This document shows positions 49,773 through 59,423 of a stretch of DNA of 64,000 nucleotides, piece by piece (position 1 is the first letter of the stretch; every line of letters begins with the position of its first letter). The position numbers and the translations under genes were made by a program. Source of the stretch: Spirochaetia bacterium (GTDB lineage: Bacteria; Spirochaetota; Spirochaetia; UBA9216); the NCBI GenBank assembly GCA_965140585.1, contig OZ223269.1, positions 1,152,001-1,216,000 of the forward strand, written 5' to 3'. Below the pieces are notes generated by a model. That model saw only the letters and a list, made by a program, of their open reading frames with translations. It made no database searches and had not been told where the DNA came from.

Positions 49773-50879
49773 ATGGCGGAAAATTTCAAAAATGCTCTTA
49801 TACTATACAACAAACAAAAATTCTCTGATGTAATAAGGATACTTGAACCTCAGGTATTTCGTTTCCGTGATAATTTTGAATTCTACCATTTACTCGGAAT
49901 GTCCTGTCTATTTACAGGTGATTACGGCGGCGCTTATTCTTATTTGAGACGGGCAATTACAATAAATGAAGATGACATTGTTTCTCTTCTTGGAATCGCC
50001 GCAGTTTATCTTAAAAGAGGTGATACCGGTAATGCACTTCGAATATGGCTCGATGTTGTTGAACTCGATCCTGATAATACATATGCAGCACGAGGGCTTA
50101 ATTTTCTCAAAAAGAATGCGGAAAGTGATTATTTCACCGGCGTAGCAGCACAGGAAAGACTTCAAAAATTTATTCCAGTTCCAGGCAAAAGAAAAAATAA
50201 TCTCAAATATCTGTTGATACCTGCAGCGATTCTAATCCTATTGCTGATTGCAGTTCAAATAATTCCAGGCAGCCTTATACCGGCGCCCGTTAAAGTTGTT
50301 AAATTAATTGATTTTTTTGATAAAGCCTCTTCCAGACCGGAACTTCCAGATGTAGAACTTGATGCAAGGAAAGAATTTACCGAACTAACAGGCAGCTTTT
50401 CCTATACTTTTTCTGAAAAGGAAGTAGAAAAGCTTTTAAAAGATATCCAGGATTATCTTTATGATTTCCGCGATAACATTGCTATGAGAGAAATCAACAG
50501 ACTTCTGCTTTCAAATGCTACTGAGTATGTGAAAGATCGTGCTAGACTTTTATCCGAATACATACGAGCACCTGAAATAACTGATGTAAAAGACAACTTC
50601 ACCTATGCAGAAGTTTTAGCCGAGCCGGCACTGTACCGTGGATGCTATATTCTATGGAAAGGCAAAACAACAAATGTTTTTGAAAGCGAAGATGTTATCA
50701 GGTTTGATTTTCTTGTGGGCTATCATGAGGAAAAGAATCTTGAAGGCGTCCTGCCTGTTGAATTTAATTTTGGTATCAGAGTAAATACAAATCAGGCTGT
50801 AGCCTTACTTGCACGTATAGATATCGATAATTCCAGCCGGATAGTTCTGAAAGGTAAGGCCATTCAGCGGCTTTTCTGA
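49773..50879 (+). CDS. bitopic protein: cytoplasmic TPRs, one TM helix, periplasmic OB-fold-like C-terminus
   Basis: TPR units in residues 1-115; KRKNN followed by a hydrophobic helix; Y.EV..EP.LY.G..+.WKG motif. Confidence 0.75.
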   Translation: MAENFKNALILYNKQKFSDVIRILEPQVFRFRDNFEFYHLLGMSCLFTGDYGGAYSYLRRAITINEDDIVSLLGIAAVYLKRGDTGNALRIWLDVVELDPDNTYAARGLNFLKKNAESDYFTGVAAQERLQKFIPVPGKRKNNLKYLLIPAAILILLLIAVQIIPGSLIPAPVKVVKLIDFFDKASSRPELPDVELDARKEFTELTGSFSYTFSEKEVEKLLKDIQDYLYDFRDNIAMREINRLLLSNATEYVKDRARLLSEYIRAPEITDVKDNFTYAEVLAEPALYRGCYILWKGKTTNVFESEDVIRFDFLVGYHEEKNLEGVLPVEFNFGIRVNTNQAVALLARIDIDNSSRIVLKGKAIQRLF

Positions 50880-51013
50880 TAATCTGTTTTCACTCTTTCA
50901 GTTGTCATAACAGATATCTGTACTTTTTTATTTTTCTAAGCTATTATTACAGAAAAGATATTCCTGAATCACCGTAAATATTTTTCGGTATTGGGAGGGT
51001 AAGGAGTATATTT

Positions 51014-52144
51014 ATGGCAAAACGAGCAGCATTGCCCGAAACCAAAGTAATTACTGATGACAGTGAAAAAGATAAAGCTCTTGAAGCAGCACGACTTCAG
51101 ATAGAAAAACAGTTCGGTAAAGGTTCATTGATGAAATTGGGAACCGGAACTGATTTGAATGTTGAATCTATACCATCGGGCTCCATACTTCTTGATGAAG
51201 CTCTTGGAGTAGGTGGATATCCGAAAGGAAGAATCATTGAAGTCTACGGACCTGAATCCTCAGGTAAAACCACTCTTACACTGCATGCTATCGCTGAAGC
51301 TCAGAAGAAAGGCGGTATTGCGGCATTTATAGATGCGGAGCATGCACTGGATCCGACTTATGCTAAAGCTCTAGGCGTTAATACCGATGAACTGTGGGTT
51401 TCGCAGCCTGATACCGGTGAACAGGCCCTTGAGATAGCTGAATCACTTGTACGATCCGGAGCGGTGGATATTGTTGTTATAGACTCGGTAGCTGCGCTTA
51501 CGCCTCAGGCTGAAATTGAAGGAGAAATGGGAGATTCCCATATGGGCCTTCAGGCCAGACTTATGAGCCAGGCACTGAGAAAACTAACCGGAACCATTTC
51601 AAAATCCGGATGCTGTCTGATATTCATTAACCAGATTAGAATGAAAATAGGTGTTATGTTCGGTAACCCGGAAACAACTACAGGCGGAAACGCTCTTAAA
51701 TTCTATTCCTCTGTAAGACTTGAAGTCAGAAGAGTCGAAACCATCACCCAGGGAACTGATAACGCCATCGGAAACAAAGTAAGGGTAAAGGTCGTAAAAA
51801 ATAAGGTTGCACCTCCATTTAAAAAAGTTGAAATGGAAATCATGTTCGGAAAAGGTATTTCTGCGAGCGGAAGTCTTCTTGATGCAGCCGTAAAATATGA
51901 ACTGATAGATAAAAGCGGAAGCTGGTATTCCTACGGCGAAGAAAGAATCGGTCAGGGACGTGAAAATGCGAAACTTTTCATTGAAAATAACCCTGATACC
52001 GCTGCTGATATAGAAGCAAAGCTTCGTCAGGTTATGTTTCCCAAGCCCGAAGCTTCAGCTTCAGCTGATGACAGCAAGAAGGAAGAAAAGAAAACTGCTG
52101 CATCCAAAAAAGCGGTTCCAGCGGCTGATGGAGATCTTTTCTGA
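51014..52144 (+). CDS. recA: recombinase RecA
   Basis: [42 protein letters not shown]. Confidence 0.99.
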   Translation: MAKRAALPETKVITDDSEKDKALEAARLQIEKQFGKGSLMKLGTGTDLNVESIPSGSILLDEALGVGGYPKGRIIEVYGPESSGKTTLTLHAIAEAQKKGGIAAFIDAEHALDPTYAKALGVNTDELWVSQPDTGEQALEIAESLVRSGAVDIVVIDSVAALTPQAEIEGEMGDSHMGLQARLMSQALRKLTGTISKSGCCLIFINQIRMKIGVMFGNPETTTGGNALKFYSSVRLEVRRVETITQGTDNAIGNKVRVKVVKNKVAPPFKKVEMEIMFGKGISASGSLLDAAVKYELIDKSGSWYSYGEERIGQGRENAKLFIENNPDTAADIEAKLRQVMFPKPEASASADDSKKEEKKTAASKKAVPAADGDLF

Positions 52145-52634
52145 ATTGACTGAAAAAACGGTATATCTTGGGCTGGGTTCCAACCTCGGGAACCCGGTAC
52201 AAACCCTTAAAGACGCTTTTGAACAGTTAAAAAAAATACTTTCGAATGCGGAAATCGCATCATTTTACAGAACAGATCCTCAGGATGTAACAGATCAGCC
52301 GCAGTTCATCAATACCGCAGTAAGAGGTATGACAGGACTGTCTGCTTATGATTTACTATCCGAAATTAACAGAATTGAAGCAGAATACGGGCGAAACAGG
52401 GAAAATGAAATCAGAAGAGGACCGCGAACCCTCGATATTGATATACTTCTCTATGGAAACGATTTAATTATAGATCCGCCTGTTCTGGTTATTCCTCATG
52501 AACGTCTGCACCTGCGTAAATTTGCCTTAGTACCGCTGTTGGAACTCAATCCCGAAATAAAACAGCCTGGTACCAATGTCCTTTATAGCACATTTATTGA
52601 AGGGCTTTCAGAACAGGGTATTTACTGTTTTTAA
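52128..52634 (+). CDS. folK: 2-amino-4-hydroxy-6-hydroxymethyldihydropteridine diphosphokinase
   Basis: [25 protein letters not shown] and [10 protein letters not shown] motifs. Confidence 0.94.
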   Translation: MEIFSELTEKTVYLGLGSNLGNPVQTLKDAFEQLKKILSNAEIASFYRTDPQDVTDQPQFINTAVRGMTGLSAYDLLSEINRIEAEYGRNRENEIRRGPRTLDIDILLYGNDLIIDPPVLVIPHERLHLRKFALVPLLELNPEIKQPGTNVLYSTFIEGLSEQGIYCF

Positions 52635-52656
52635 CCGAAAAGTTATATTAACCGTC

Positions 52657-53427
52657 ATGGATGAAAGGTCTGAAACGGAGCTTCACAGTCATTTTAAAAT
52701 TAATGATTTTGAAGGGCCACTCGATGTTCTGCTTTTTCTGATAAAAAAATCGGAAATCAATATATATGATATACCAATTTCTCAGATCACGGAACAATAT
52801 ATAAAATTTATAGAATATGCCGTCTCGGTTAATCTTGATAACCTGACGGAGTTTTACGTAATGGCTTCAACTCTGCTTTATATTAAGAGCAGGATGCTTC
52901 TTCCGGTTGAAATTGATGTCGATGAGGAGCTTGAAGATCCAAGAAAGGAACTTGTCGAACGGCTGATTGAATATCAGAAATTCAAGAAGATATCGGATCT
53001 TATGGCCGAAAAAGAAGCTGAATCCGAATGGCGGATTGAACGAACAAGAAAGCAGCGTACGCTCCCTTTCCCTCAGGATGACAGTCTATGGGAACAGGTT
53101 GACGTATGGGATCTATTTCAGACTTTCTCAAATATTATTACTTCTTTATCTTCAGAACGTATTCTTGATTTATACGAAGAAGTAAGTATCAATGAAAAGA
53201 TAAGTCTGATGTATGAGTATTTCGAAGCAAGGGAAGAGTTCTTGTTCTCGGAACTGCTCGTACGTGAAAATTCGATTCTTGATGTCGTCTGTGCCTTTCT
53301 GGCCGTTCTTGAATCGGTAAAACAGAAAAGAATTACTATACTGCAGAATAAACTTTTCGGAGATATCCTTATAAAGAAACGCGAAGAACCCGAAGAGCAG
53401 GAGGAACCACTTGATGGAACTGCTTAG
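52657..53427 (+). CDS. scpA: segregation and condensation protein A (kleisin)
   Basis: FEGPLDVLLFLI...IPISQITEQY, IKSRMLLP, FLAVLE. Upstream: TTTACT-17-TATATT-7 nt-ATG. Confidence 0.95.
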   Translation: MDERSETELHSHFKINDFEGPLDVLLFLIKKSEINIYDIPISQITEQYIKFIEYAVSVNLDNLTEFYVMASTLLYIKSRMLLPVEIDVDEELEDPRKELVERLIEYQKFKKISDLMAEKEAESEWRIERTRKQRTLPFPQDDSLWEQVDVWDLFQTFSNIITSLSSERILDLYEEVSINEKISLMYEYFEAREEFLFSELLVRENSILDVVCAFLAVLESVKQKRITILQNKLFGDILIKKREEPEEQEEPLDGTA

Positions 53428-53953
53428 AGAAATGGCGCTTATAGAAGCAGTCCTGTTTCTTGAATCCGATCCGGTTGAAATAAAAACCATTAAGAAGATT
53501 ACAGATCTTCCGGAAGATGTGATTTTAAAAGCTCTGGAGAAACTTGAAGAAAAATATAAAGCAGAAGGAAACGGGCTTGATCTTATTGAATTTGCCGGCG
53601 GATATCTGCTGACCCCTAAGGGTGAACTCTGGGATTATTTAAAAGAGAGATACGGCCAGAAAAACGATAAAAGACTCTCAAGAGCTGCAATGGAAACACT
53701 GGCAATCATTGCTTATTCACAGCCTATTACAAAGGCTGAAATTGAGAATATCAGGGGAGTTTCAGCTGACAACATGATGCGGATACTCAGTGAAAGAACT
53801 CTTATTAAAGTAGTAGGAAAGAAAGATGTCCCGGGTAAACCGGTTCAATACGGAACTACTAAAGAATTTTTAAAGACATTCGGACTCGGCAGTATATCCG
53901 ATCTGCCGAAACTGGATGATGTCCAAAGTGACAGGTTTGAATTAAATGGATGA
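53411..53953 (+). CDS. scpB: SMC-Scp complex subunit ScpB
   Basis: IEAVLF, LSRAAMETLAIIAYSQPITKAEIENIRGV and YGTTKEFL motifs. Confidence 0.96.
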   Translation: MMELLREMALIEAVLFLESDPVEIKTIKKITDLPEDVILKALEKLEEKYKAEGNGLDLIEFAGGYLLTPKGELWDYLKERYGQKNDKRLSRAAMETLAIIAYSQPITKAEIENIRGVSADNMMRILSERTLIKVVGKKDVPGKPVQYGTTKEFLKTFGLGSISDLPKLDDVQSDRFELNG

Positions 53954-54671
53954 CAATAAAGAAGCAATAAGACTGCAGGTATATCTGGCTCATTCCGGAA
54001 TAGGTTCCAGGCGTAAATGTGAAGAATTTATTTCGCAGGGAAGAGTTTCTGTAAACGGTAAGATCGTGCGGGAACAGGGCATAAAAATTACTGATGATTC
54101 AGTATCCTTCGATGGAAGACCGGTATATCCGGCAAAGAAAAAAATATATCTTGCACTGAATAAACCCATACGTTATGTATGCACTTCAGATGATCCTGAC
54201 GGACGTCCGACAGCACTTGACCTCGTAAAGAATGCCTGGCCCGGCAGAATATATAATGTAGGACGTCTTGATTATATGTCTTCCGGACTGATTCTTTTCA
54301 CAAACGACGGTGAATTTACCAAGATAATTACTCACCCGTCTTCCGGTGTCCTTAAAACCTACCTCATAGAAACAAGAGAGGAAATCAAGGACGAGGATCT
54401 TGAAGAATGGAAGAAGGGCGTACGGGTTAAAGGAATAAAATACCAGATTAGTGATTTTTCAAAGAAATCACCTTATAAGGTTGAAGTTACCCTTGCTGAA
54501 GGTAAAAACCGGGAGATAAGAAACCTTTTTGCCTCACGTCTTTACAAGATTAAAAAACTTCACAGAATAATGATAGGAAATATTTCCATCAAAGGCATTA
54601 AACCCGGTGAGTACAGATATCTGAACGATAAGGAAGTTTCAAGGCTTCTGAGATCAGGAGACGGACATTGA
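53946..54671 (+). CDS. rluB: RsuA/RluB-family rRNA pseudouridine synthase
   Basis: S4 domain (RLQVYLA..GIGSRR), VGRLDYMSSGLILFTNDG, EGKNREIR; scpAB context. Confidence 0.85.
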   Translation: MDDNKEAIRLQVYLAHSGIGSRRKCEEFISQGRVSVNGKIVREQGIKITDDSVSFDGRPVYPAKKKIYLALNKPIRYVCTSDDPDGRPTALDLVKNAWPGRIYNVGRLDYMSSGLILFTNDGEFTKIITHPSSGVLKTYLIETREEIKDEDLEEWKKGVRVKGIKYQISDFSKKSPYKVEVTLAEGKNREIRNLFASRLYKIKKLHRIMIGNISIKGIKPGEYRYLNDKEVSRLLRSGDGH

Positions 54672-55300
54672 TCATAGCACTCGACGGTCCTGCAGGCGTC
54701 GGTAAAAGTACAATAGCAAAAAAAATTGCTGAAAAATCCGGTTTTTTTTACCTGAATTCAGGAAACTTTTACCGGGCTGTAACACTTTCAGCCATTAAAA
54801 AGAATCTGGAACTGACAGATAAGACTGCGATTACCGATAATGCGAAAAATATAAGCATTGAAATAAAAGATAAAAAGCTTCATCTTGACGGAATTAACGT
54901 TGAAACTCATCTTCACACAGATGCCGTTGATAAATGGGTAGCTACACATTCTGCCATTATCGATGTAAGAAGCATAGTAACCGATGCTCTTCGAAAAACC
55001 GCATCAGGAATGGATGTAGTTGTTGAAGGCCGTGATATATCAACCGTCGTTTTTCCTGATGCTGATTTCAAGTTTTACATGGATGCTTCAATTGAAGTCC
55101 GCGCCAGCCGCCGCTACAAACAGGGAACCAGTTCACAATCACTGGAAGAGCTTATAAACTCTATCAGAGAACGTGATGAAATAGATAAAAACAAACCTGT
55201 GGGGAGTCTGAAATTAGCCGAGGATGCCATATATTTGGACACATCGGACTTGACCATAGATGAAGTTTGTGAGAAAGTATTACATAAAATTCAGAGATGA
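54668..55300 (+). CDS. cmk: cytidylate kinase
   Basis: IALDGPAGVGKST and EGRDISTVVFPDA motifs. Confidence 0.96.
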   Translation: MIIALDGPAGVGKSTIAKKIAEKSGFFYLNSGNFYRAVTLSAIKKNLELTDKTAITDNAKNISIEIKDKKLHLDGINVETHLHTDAVDKWVATHSAIIDVRSIVTDALRKTASGMDVVVEGRDISTVVFPDADFKFYMDASIEVRASRRYKQGTSSQSLEELINSIRERDEIDKNKPVGSLKLAEDAIYLDTSDLTIDEVCEKVLHKIQR

Positions 55301-55322
55301 AATAACAGGTTTTAGGAGATAG

Positions 55323-57041
55323 TTGCCGCTTATGACAGACAGAGATGTTACCGCCGACAATAACAACATGACCCTTCAGGAAGAATATCTGAAGAACTTC
55401 GAAGATATCGAAGAAGGGGCCCTGATCGAGGGTACAGTAATAGAGATTACCCCCGAACAGGTTTTTATAGACGTAGGCTATAAATCAGAAGGCAAAATCT
55501 CCCTTGAAGAATTCGAAAATAAACCAGAAATTGGGGATAAGGTCAGTGTAGTGCTGATCAAGAAAGAAGGAAGAGGCGGCCAGGTTGTCGTTTCCAAGAA
55601 AAAAGCCGACAGTCAGGTATTCTGGAAAAACCTGAAAGAAGCTTCAGAGAACGAAACACCCATTGAAGGAACAGTATGTAAGGTTATCAAGGGTGGTTTT
55701 GAAGTTGATCTGGGGTTTGATGTAAAGGCTTTCAACCCGATTTCAAAAATTGACACAATCAGAGTAGAAACTCCGGAAGAGTACCTCAATCTAAAGTCAA
55801 AGTTTCTGATTGACAAGTTCAGTACTTCTTCACGGGCAAGAATAGTAGTTTCAAGAAGACAGTATCTTGAAAAAGCTGCTGAAAAAGCCAAGAAAGACTT
55901 CTTTGAAAACACAACTATCGGCGATGAAGTTGAAGGTTCAGTTAAAAGCTTTACATCTTTCGGTGCATTCATAGATCTTGGTGGTTTTGACGGACTTCTC
56001 CATATCAATGATATGAGCTGGGGACATGTCACAAAGCCGAAAGATTATGTTAAGAAAGGACAGGTTATAAAGCTTAAGGTCATCAAGATTGATCCTGAAG
56101 ACAAGAAAATCAACCTTTCACTTAAACATTTTTCAGACAACCCATGGAACACCTTCGAGCACAGATATCACATCGATGATGTTATTAATGGAAAGGTTAC
56201 AAAGCTCACAGATTTCGGTGCTTTTATAGAGATAGAAGAAGGTATTGAAGGTCTGGCGCATATTTCAGAACTTTCATGGACCAAGAGGGTTAATCATCCG
56301 AAAGAAGTTGTTTCCATCGGTGATGAAGTAGAAGCCAAAATACTTGCTTTTAACCTTGATGAGGGACGTATTTCGCTTGGACTCAAGCAGGTTCTTCCTA
56401 ATCCGTGGGATTCAATTGCAGAAAAATTCCCTGTTGGAATGGTTCTTAAAAAGACTATCAAGAAAGTTACCAATTCAGGTGCTTTCATTGAACTTGAAGA
56501 AGGTATTGATGCCTTCCTTCATATAGATGATCTTTCCTGGACAAAGAAGATTAAGAATGCTTCTTCAGTTCTTAAGGAAGGTGAGGAAATTGAAGCTTCA
56601 GTTATTTCTGTTGACAGTGAAAACAAGCGTGTTAGACTTGGTGTTAAACAGCTTTCCGACGACCCATGGGATCAGCTTAAGAAATCCTATCCGAGAGGAA
56701 GTCTTATTGAAGGCGAAGTAACCAATATTACCGACTTTGGAATTTTTGTTAAGGTTCCCGGAGGTATTGAAGGTCTTATCAACAAGTATAATCTTGCTGA
56801 AAACCCCAACAGAGAGCTTTCAGACGAAGATCTTCTTAAGAAATTCAACGTAGGCGATAAGGTTAAAGCCCTTGTTACAGAAATCAAAGCTGATGCACAG
56901 AGACTTTCACTTTCCATCAGGGAATACCAGAAGAGTCTTCAGCGTGAAGAACTTTCCAAATATATTCATGACAGTGAAGAGGAAGGAAACTTTACACTTG
57001 GCGACATGCTTAAAGATAAAATAAATCTCGACGAAGAATAA
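55323..57041 (+). CDS. rpsA: 30S ribosomal protein S1
   Basis: Six S1 repeats (DVGYKSEG, FGAFIDLGGFDGLLH, FGAFIEIEEGIEGLAH); start is TTG 55323 or ATG 55332. Confidence 0.98.
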   Translation: MPLMTDRDVTADNNNMTLQEEYLKNFEDIEEGALIEGTVIEITPEQVFIDVGYKSEGKISLEEFENKPEIGDKVSVVLIKKEGRGGQVVVSKKKADSQVFWKNLKEASENETPIEGTVCKVIKGGFEVDLGFDVKAFNPISKIDTIRVETPEEYLNLKSKFLIDKFSTSSRARIVVSRRQYLEKAAEKAKKDFFENTTIGDEVEGSVKSFTSFGAFIDLGGFDGLLHINDMSWGHVTKPKDYVKKGQVIKLKVIKIDPEDKKINLSLKHFSDNPWNTFEHRYHIDDVINGKVTKLTDFGAFIEIEEGIEGLAHISELSWTKRVNHPKEVVSIGDEVEAKILAFNLDEGRISLGLKQVLPNPWDSIAEKFPVGMVLKKTIKKVTNSGAFIELEEGIDAFLHIDDLSWTKKIKNASSVLKEGEEIEASVISVDSENKRVRLGVKQLSDDPWDQLKKSYPRGSLIEGEVTNITDFGIFVKVPGGIEGLINKYNLAENPNRELSDEDLLKKFNVGDKVKALVTEIKADAQRLSLSIREYQKSLQREELSKYIHDSEEEGNFTLGDMLKDKINLDEE

Positions 57042-57064
57042 GAACTGACAGGACGGTAAAACCT

Positions 57065-58573
57065 ATGCAGGCAGCGTCCATTGATGTTGAGCGCCTTGAA
57101 ACACTAATCGAAATTAACACTCTTATTAATTCCGATTATGCTGATGACAAGGCGCTTTTAACGCATATACTGGAGGCTGCCTCACGCCTGACAAACGGTG
57201 AATCATCATCTATTCTCTTATTGAATCCTGAAAATGACCGATTGTATTTTGAAATCTCGCTTGGACCGAAGGGACCTGAAGTCCAGAAATTTTCAGTGAA
57301 AGTAGGTGAGGGCATAGCCGGATGGGTTGCAAAGCATAATAAAAGTCTGATTGTAAATGATGTTGATAAAGACGAAAGACACTTCAAAGGCATAGATTCA
57401 CAGACAGGATATGCCACAACCTCAATTCTGGCCGTACCAATGCGTATTAAAGACCGCTGTGTCGGTGTTATAGAAATTATTAACAGACTCGATCAGCAGA
57501 ATTTCACCAATGATGACCTTGTCTGGCTCGAACGCTTTGCTGTTCAAGCTGCACTGGCTATTCAGAACGCAAGATCCTACCAGCGGCTTACTGATGAAAT
57601 TATCAGGCTTCAGGATAAAATCAATGTGGAAAAAGGATACCATCCATTTATTCATGGCAGCAGAATAATTAAAGAAAAACTTGAACTTGCTGAAAAGATT
57701 GCATCTACAGATTCATCTGTATTGATTCTTGGAGAAAGCGGCGCAGGCAAGGAACTCTTTGCTGAGCAGATACACCTTAACAGCAAAAGAGCAGGCGGTC
57801 CTTTTATCAGAATTAACTGTGCAGCGCTTCCTGAACATCTTCTCGAAAGTGAGCTTTTCGGACATGTTAAGGGTGCTTTTACCGATGCCACAAACGACAG
57901 GCGCGGCCGATTTGAATTGGCAGACGGGGGTACAATTTTTCTTGATGAAATAGGTGATATGCCGCTGAATCTTCAAAGCAAGCTGTTAAGAGTTTTACAG
58001 CATATGGTTTTTGAAAAAGTCGGAGCCAGTGAACCTACCACTGTTGACGTGAGGGTGCTTGCTGCAACAAATAAAGATATTGAAAAGCTGATTGAACTGG
58101 GCGAGTTCAGAAGGGATTTATATTACAGGTTAAATGTACTGCCTTTTTATGTTCCGCCGTTAAGAGAACGTGTTGAAGATATTCCTGAACTGTCCTCCTT
58201 TTTTCTAAAAAAGTTCAATCGGGAGCTTAAAAAAAGAATAAAAGAGTTTTCAAATGAAGCTCTGGATGCACTTATGAGTTATGCCTGGCCTGGCAATGTG
58301 AGAGAACTTGAAAATGTAATTGAACGTTCCGTAGTTATTTGTGATGAAGATTTTATTAAGCCTCAGCACCTGCTTTTATTCAATAATGCAGATCAGGCCG
58401 GTGATTACGATAAAAGCAGTCTTAAAGATGCAGTAAATACATTTAAAAAGCACTTTATCAAAAGTACTTTAGAAAACCATAGCTGGAATCAAACCGAGAC
58501 TGCAAAAACTCTTGGTATACAGAGAACATATCTCTCTAAATTGTTAAGGGAACTTGAAATAATCAATTCTTGA
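57065..58573 (+). CDS. GAF-domain sigma-54 enhancer-binding protein (NifA/FhlA-like architecture)
   Basis: GAF; GESGAGKE; ESELFGHVKGAFTDA; FLDEIG; FRRDLYYRL; WPGNVREL; Fis-type HTH. Confidence 0.93.
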   Translation: MQAASIDVERLETLIEINTLINSDYADDKALLTHILEAASRLTNGESSSILLLNPENDRLYFEISLGPKGPEVQKFSVKVGEGIAGWVAKHNKSLIVNDVDKDERHFKGIDSQTGYATTSILAVPMRIKDRCVGVIEIINRLDQQNFTNDDLVWLERFAVQAALAIQNARSYQRLTDEIIRLQDKINVEKGYHPFIHGSRIIKEKLELAEKIASTDSSVLILGESGAGKELFAEQIHLNSKRAGGPFIRINCAALPEHLLESELFGHVKGAFTDATNDRRGRFELADGGTIFLDEIGDMPLNLQSKLLRVLQHMVFEKVGASEPTTVDVRVLAATNKDIEKLIELGEFRRDLYYRLNVLPFYVPPLRERVEDIPELSSFFLKKFNRELKKRIKEFSNEALDALMSYAWPGNVRELENVIERSVVICDEDFIKPQHLLLFNNADQAGDYDKSSLKDAVNTFKKHFIKSTLENHSWNQTETAKTLGIQRTYLSKLLRELEIINS

Positions 58574-58607
58574 TATATAATACACCAAAGGAGAATTTTT
58601 AAATAAA

Positions 58608-59306
58608 ATGGCGACTTCGAAAAATGCTAAAGAACTTAGCGGCAAACAGAAATTTTTAAATGGATTATCATCTTTTCTTGAAAAAAATAAAAAGTTGCTG
58701 GTTATCCTGCTTGCAGTTATTTTTGTTGCTGTAATAGTTTCAGCTATAATTACAAATCTTTCTGAAAAGAAAAATAATGAAGCGGCTTTAAGTGTTGAAG
58801 CTCTTCAGGAAAAATATGTCGAATGGCAGTCTTTCACTGATGAGGAAGAGGCTGATAAAACAGCGATGGAGCAGGAAATTATTGCTGATGCTGAAACACT
58901 TATTTCCGAGTATACAGGCAGTTATGCAGCGCAGAAAGCCTATTTTCTTTCCGGAAATATGAAATCAGCAGCTGAAAAATATGATGAGGCTGCGGATTAT
59001 TATGTAAAATCCTCAGAAGTAAACAAAAAAAGCTATCTCGCACCTGTTTCAATCATGCTTGCTGCAATATCCTATGAAAACTCGGGAAATAATGAGAAAG
59101 CAATCGAGATGTACCAGAATGTGGCTGATGACTATAGAGAGACCTATGCTGATGCACCAAGAGCAATTCTCTCCCTTGGCAGGCTATATGAGGCTTCAGG
59201 TGACATTGATAAGGCGGTTGAATATTACAACAGCCTAATAGACGACTTTCCTTCCAATGGCTGGACTGATTTTGCACACACCAGACTAATACAGTTAAAT
59301 AAATAG
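58608..59306 (+). CDS. membrane-anchored TPR protein (YfgM-like)
   Basis: N-terminal TM followed by TPR units ending LGRLYEASGDIDKAVEYY...FP. Confidence 0.8.
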   Translation: MATSKNAKELSGKQKFLNGLSSFLEKNKKLLVILLAVIFVAVIVSAIITNLSEKKNNEAALSVEALQEKYVEWQSFTDEEEADKTAMEQEIIADAETLISEYTGSYAAQKAYFLSGNMKSAAEKYDEAADYYVKSSEVNKKSYLAPVSIMLAAISYENSGNNEKAIEMYQNVADDYRETYADAPRAILSLGRLYEASGDIDKAVEYYNSLIDDFPSNGWTDFAHTRLIQLNK

Positions 59307-59330
59307 ACCAGTATACCTGTTAAAAGAAAG

Positions 59331-59364
59331 GCTGACCATAACTATTAATGGTCAGCTTTTTTTT
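59331..59364 (+). terminator. intrinsic terminator
   Basis: GCTGACCAT...ATGGTCAGC followed by T8. Confidence 0.88.
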
Positions 59365-59423
59365 GTTAAAAAATGCTTTTATTTTGCGTATTTTTTTGAC
59401 ATAATTAGTCAGGAGAACCCCTT

